Shown here: positions 59,365 to 64,000 of the stretch, piece by piece
Layout: each line of letters opens with the position of its first letter
How positions within the stretch are numbered: position 1 is the first letter of the stretch
DNA from: Eledone cirrhosa
Lineage: Eukaryota
Direction of reading: 5' to 3'
Assembly: GCA_964016885.1 (NCBI GenBank)
Contig: OZ024741.1
Span: 305,412,001-305,476,000 of the forward strand
Length of the DNA: 64,000 nucleotides
Position numbers and translations under genes: made by a program
Notes under the pieces: model-generated
Told to the model about the DNA's origin: nothing
Databases searched by the model: none
Seen by the model: the letters and a program-made list of their open reading frames with translations, nothing else

Positions 59365-60200
59365 CATGAACACGATTGACATGTGCAGCCAGGTTGCAAG
59401 TGGTATCATGATTACAGGTGTAAAATCAGTTGACTGGAATTCGCAGACGACATGGTGTTACTTAACTCGACAGAAGGTGATCTCTCACTTGCACTTGATA
59501 GGTTTGATGCTGAGTGCTGCATGGCTGGAATGAAAATCAGTGCTGTGAACACTGAGACACTCACCCTCACAAGGAAGCCTGTGCAGTACACTCTACATGT
59601 AAATGGAGTTCTGCTGAAGCAGGTAGAGAAGTTGAAGTATCTCAGGGCCATGTTCACAAGTGATGGAAGGCAAGAGGCTAAATTAAGTGCAAGAATTGGT
59701 GGAGCTGGTGCATTACTGCACCAGCTTCAGCATTCAGTAATCAGAAGGTGTAAAAGTCAAACTGGTACTCTGTCAAACCCGCAAAGACTAGACTTATTGA
59801 GAGGCCGCCTACATCACTGGGTTGTGAGAGCTTTCTTGGGAGCCGCAGGTGTCATCCATTGCTCTATCTCCCCTAGTAGTTTACCATAGTTGGTCTGAGG
59901 TTGCTTATTCATCTGGCAGTTCCCCGCTTATGTTGCAACTAACCATCATATCTGGTGGCTGTATCACTATCCACCACCTGTGACCCATTCTCTAGCAGAA
60001 CAGCTCTGCTGAGAAACCAACAAGTAGGAGACCCAGGGGTAGACCCCGAGCAAGATGGTTGCATAACATCCATGAGCTTGGTTGGTCATGCTTGGGGAGA
60101 CAGTTGCTTCTGACAAGACCTGCTGGCGGGAGTGTTTGATGACTCTGCCCCCACAACCCTCTCAGGAATAAGTGGGCAGAGGAAAGGAGAAGAAGAAGAA
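59365..60200 (+). mobile_element. Degenerate RTE 3' fragment (no PHD), same family as 46285-49100, ending in (GAA)n
   Basis: EFADDMVLL...GMKIS...LKQVEKLKYL; RPRGRPRARW-like end near 60030; 59890-59995 resembles 48985-49085. Confidence 0.75.
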
Positions 60201-60700
60201 GAGAGTAGTTATTTTACCTCCAAACCATGAAACTGATGTCAGTGTTAGGTGTATTACATACTGACAACATTCCTAGTATCAGAGGTTGCTGCTTGGCAGT
60301 GAACTTTTATACTGCCAAACACAACATTAAAGGTCTAGATTGAAAACATAACAATAATCGTTTCTAATTTAGGCACAAGGCTAGCAATTTTTTGGGAGGA
60401 GAAAGTGATTAAATCAACCCCAATGCAATACTTTATTTTATCGACCCCGTAAGGATGAAAGGCAAAGGTAATTTTGGTGGGATTTGAACTCAGAACATAA
60501 AGGGACATAACTATATGCTGTGAAGCGTGGTGTCTGATACTCTACTGATACTGTCAATCCACCACCCTTTTAAGCATAACAATAATAACAAGATGCAAAG
60601 GCAAATAGTCCTTAATTTTTGGTGGAATAATAGAGGTGTTGTCCTGACATGCAGCATGTCTTGGTCCATCCCTCCACAGGTCAGAACTCAGCCGATTTCT

Positions 60701-60702
<2 letters not shown>

Positions 60703-60763
<61 letters not shown>

Positions 60764-60962
60764 ATAATAAATAATGAAAATTATTGTGTACAGTGCTCAG
60801 GTGCACTGCAACTCATCAAAAGATGCATATATAGAACATAGAATAATGTACAAATGTCAGAAAAATGAACAGTGTATGAGTCATGATATACACACAGACA
60901 CATGTGTATGTGTGTATGGAGGGGGAATATCAGGTGTAGTGTTGGCGAATTTCAGGAAGCAG
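60703..60962 (-). repeat. CR1 3'-end fragment (60765-60962) next to a (GA)n microsatellite
   Basis: Reverse complement matches 40110-40430. Confidence 0.8.
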
Positions 60963-61357
60963 GAAAAATTGGCTTCGTTACTGGATTGAAACTTTATTTA
61001 TCAACCTTCAAAGGATGAAAGGCAAAATTAATCTACGTAGGATTTGGATTCAAAGCACAGTAAGCTGGCACAAACACACAAAGTATTTTTAATCCACTGC
61101 CAATTCACTACCCTGATATCTAAAGGAAAAACAAAAGGAAATAAAAAAAAAAAAACGTGCACAAAACAATGTATATATATATAAAAAACTGCTCCCACTG
61201 AACCATTAATATCAACAACACTTGTAGATGTAATGAGATTTTAAGAATGCTAACGACGCCATCACTGTTTGCTAATAAGAACATTAGCGAATGGCAATAA
61301 ATGATAAGGACCGTGTGTTGTGGCTAGGATCTCTAACCTCTACCCCATGTATGTTTC

Positions 61358-61391
<34 letters not shown>

Positions 61392-61413
61392 TATATATAT
61401 ATATATACATATT

Positions 61414-64000
61414 GAAGAATGCACCTCCCAACATAGACTGATAATTAGCGACCTAATAGTCAGGACGAGACGTACTAGACAACAGAAGAGGACTATCCTC
61501 AGGAGAAAAATATGGAAGCTAAAGGACCCCACAGCCAGAAATAAATTCAAAAGTATACTACTTGATGTTTTCGACAGTAAGGCAGAGCAATTAGAGTCGT
61601 ACAATATAGAGGAGCAGTGGGAATTCCTGAAAGCAAACCTACTGATGGCGGCAGACGAAGTCTGTGGCTGGAGCAGGCCTGTAGGCAGGAGGAGAGTAAC
61701 ATGGTGGTGGAACAGTAAGGTGGAGGGGTCAATTAAGGCCAAAAAGCAGGCTTGGAAAGTATGGCGGGATGGGGGAAGCAGAGAAGACTATCAAGTGGCC
61801 AGGAGGGAAGCTAGGAGACAAGTGTACTTCGCAAGAAGGGAAGCAGAGGAAAGAAAGTTCAAGCATGTTCTACAACGCGAGGACCAAAAACGTGAGGTGT
61901 TCAGGATTGCTAGGCAATGTGTCAAGGAAAACCGTGATATTGTCGGGGAGAAGTGTGTACTTAATGATGACAGCGTACTTGCCATCACCGACGCTGATAA
62001 GAAGGTAGCTTGAAAATGTCACTATGAAAGGCTACTAAATGAGGAGAATAAATGGGAGAAAGACAGTCTCCCCCACATCGACCCAATAGAGGGACCAGCA
62101 GTGTTAGTCGAGGGTAGTATAATAAGTAAGGCAATCAAAGATATGAAGACGGGTAAGGCGGCTGGGCCTTCGGAAATAGTTGCCGAGATGCTGAAGGCAT
62201 CTGGTACGGTGGGACACACCATGGTCACCCGGATAGTTAACCAAGTCATACAGAATGGGGTTGTTCCGAAGGACTGGCGTAGCAGCATCATCGTTAACTG
62301 TTATAAGGGTAAAGAAGATGCCCTAGATAGGAGTAACTATAGAGGCATTAAATTAATCGACCAGGTCATGAAGGTCACGGAAAAAGTAATAGCGCAATTA
62401 ATCAGAGAGAGAATTGATCTAGATGAAATGCAGTTTGGGTTTGTGTCAGGCAAAAGTACCATAGACGCTCTTTTCATTGTACGACAACTACAGGAGAAGT
62501 ACCTAGCTAAAAGTAAACCCCTATACTTAGCTTTTGTCGACTTGGAGAAAGCCTTCGACAGAGTCCCCCGTTCCATTATCTGGTGGGCTCTTAGAAAACT
62601 AGGTGTTGACGAATGGCTTGTGAGAGCTATACAAGCCATGTATAAAGAAACAGTCAGCAAGGTTAGAATTAACAACGAATATAGTGAAGAGTTTAGCGTA
62701 AAAGTTGGCGTCCATCAGGGCTCTGTTCTCAACCCCCTACTATTTATTATTGCCCTTCAGGCTATAACAGAGGAGTTCAAGACCGGTTGCCCATGGGAAC
62801 TCCTATACGCAGATGACCTAACACTCATAGCTGAATCAATGGCCGAGCTAGAGAAGAAATTCCAAACATGGAAGCACGGCCTAGAATCAAAAGGCCTTAA
62901 AATTAACCTGGCTAAGACTAAAGTTCTAGGTTGTAAGAAAGAAAATAAGGCGGCGGTCCCTTCCGGGAAGTGGCCATGCTCAGTGTGTAGGAAAGGCGTA
63001 GGTAGAAACTCCATTTTATGTCCCAAATGCAAAGTATGGGTGCATAAAAGATGTAGTGGGATCACAGGTAAGCTAACTAAGAACATAGATTTTACATGTG
63101 GCCGGTGCTCTGGTGCAATAAGTAGCAGCAAGTGCCCACAAAATACTAGCTCTTTCAACTGCGCAGAGGGTTCTATAGAAATAGTGGACAGCTTCCGTTA
63201 CCTGGGTGACAAAATCAGCAGTGGGGGAGGGTGCTCTGAAAGTACAGTAGCTAGAGTCAGAACTGGATGGAAAAAGTTCAGAGAGCTTATACCACTATTA
63301 GCCGCTAAAGGGTTCTCCCTAAAAATGAAAGGCAGGCTGTATGATGCCTGCATACGAACAGCAATGTTGCATGGCAGTGAGACCTGGGCATTGTGTGCAG
63401 AGGATATACATAATGTAAAGGCAGACTAGAGAGAAACGAAGCTTGCATGCTCCGCTAGATGTGTAATAGTAATATACGTGAACGGCAAAGCCTAAACGAA
63501 CTAAGGAAAAAATTAGAAATAAGAGGGATCAGATGTTGTTTACTCGAGAGAAGGCTACGTTGGTATGGTCACGTGATGCGCATGAAGGATGATAGCTGTA
63601 TAACAAAGTGCAGGGCAATAAAGATAGACGGTAGCCACGGAATAGGCAGACCCAGAAAAACCTGGGACGAGCTGATAAATTCCGACCTCACACACTTACA
63701 CCTCACCAAGACAATGTCACTGGACCGAGACCTTTGGCGGTACTCAGTAATAGAGAAGACCCGCCTTACCTAAATACAAAGTAAAACCTACTACAATCAG
63801 TAGGCATCTCTAACAAAATACACCCCCGTCCCACCACCCCCACCTCATCCACACCGCCCCTTTCAATGTAAAGTTATGTTGGTGCCACAAAATCCAGACC
63901 GAAACAAATGAGATCGTGTAGGTGTCACGAAAAAAAAAACACACAGTTCACGCTGTAATGTGGCCGTGTAGGCAACACGGAAAAAACCTCCCAGCCCCAC
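61414..64000 (+). mobile_element. 5'-truncated RTE LINE with PHD insert; runs off the window end
   Basis: Starts after (TA)n; WWWN, NYRGIKL, FVDLEKAFDRV, LYADD; nonsense codon at 62011, 11-bp insertion at 63410-63420, second nonsense codon near 63456. Confidence 0.93.

Overview
AT-rich, microsatellite-rich animal genomic DNA. The repeat landscape (RTE LINEs ending in (GAT)n, CORE-like and Deu/Nin-like SINEs) suggests a coleoid cephalopod such as an octopus; this is inference. The only host gene I can support is the 3' part of an ABCD4-like ABC half-transporter: seven + strand coding exons from 19811 to 34364 with consistent GT-AG phases. The rest is mostly transposable elements: a full-length, apparently intact Tx1/L1-clade LINE (40431-46259) plus a decayed relative (1-3900); a near full-length CR1-like LINE (about 35900-40430) plus fragments; many RTE LINE copies; tandem R4/Dong-like restriction-endonuclease LINEs; Penelope, Helitron and hAT relics; piggyBac-like MITEs; SINEs; and long palindromes. 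Main leads: (1) the CR1 ORF2 has no ATG and is joined to ORF1 by a classic -1 frameshift heptamer (G_GGA_AAC) directly before the ORF1 stop; (2) three retroelement classes each sit in a different microsatellite (R4/Dong-like in (ATAC)n, RTE in (TA)n, Tx1 in (ATT)n); (3) a C4HC3 PHD finger is inserted inside the RTE reverse transcriptase; (4) a perfect splice donor is conserved at the ORF1 end of both Tx1 elements. All calls were made by eye with no database searches, and repeat boundaries are approximate.
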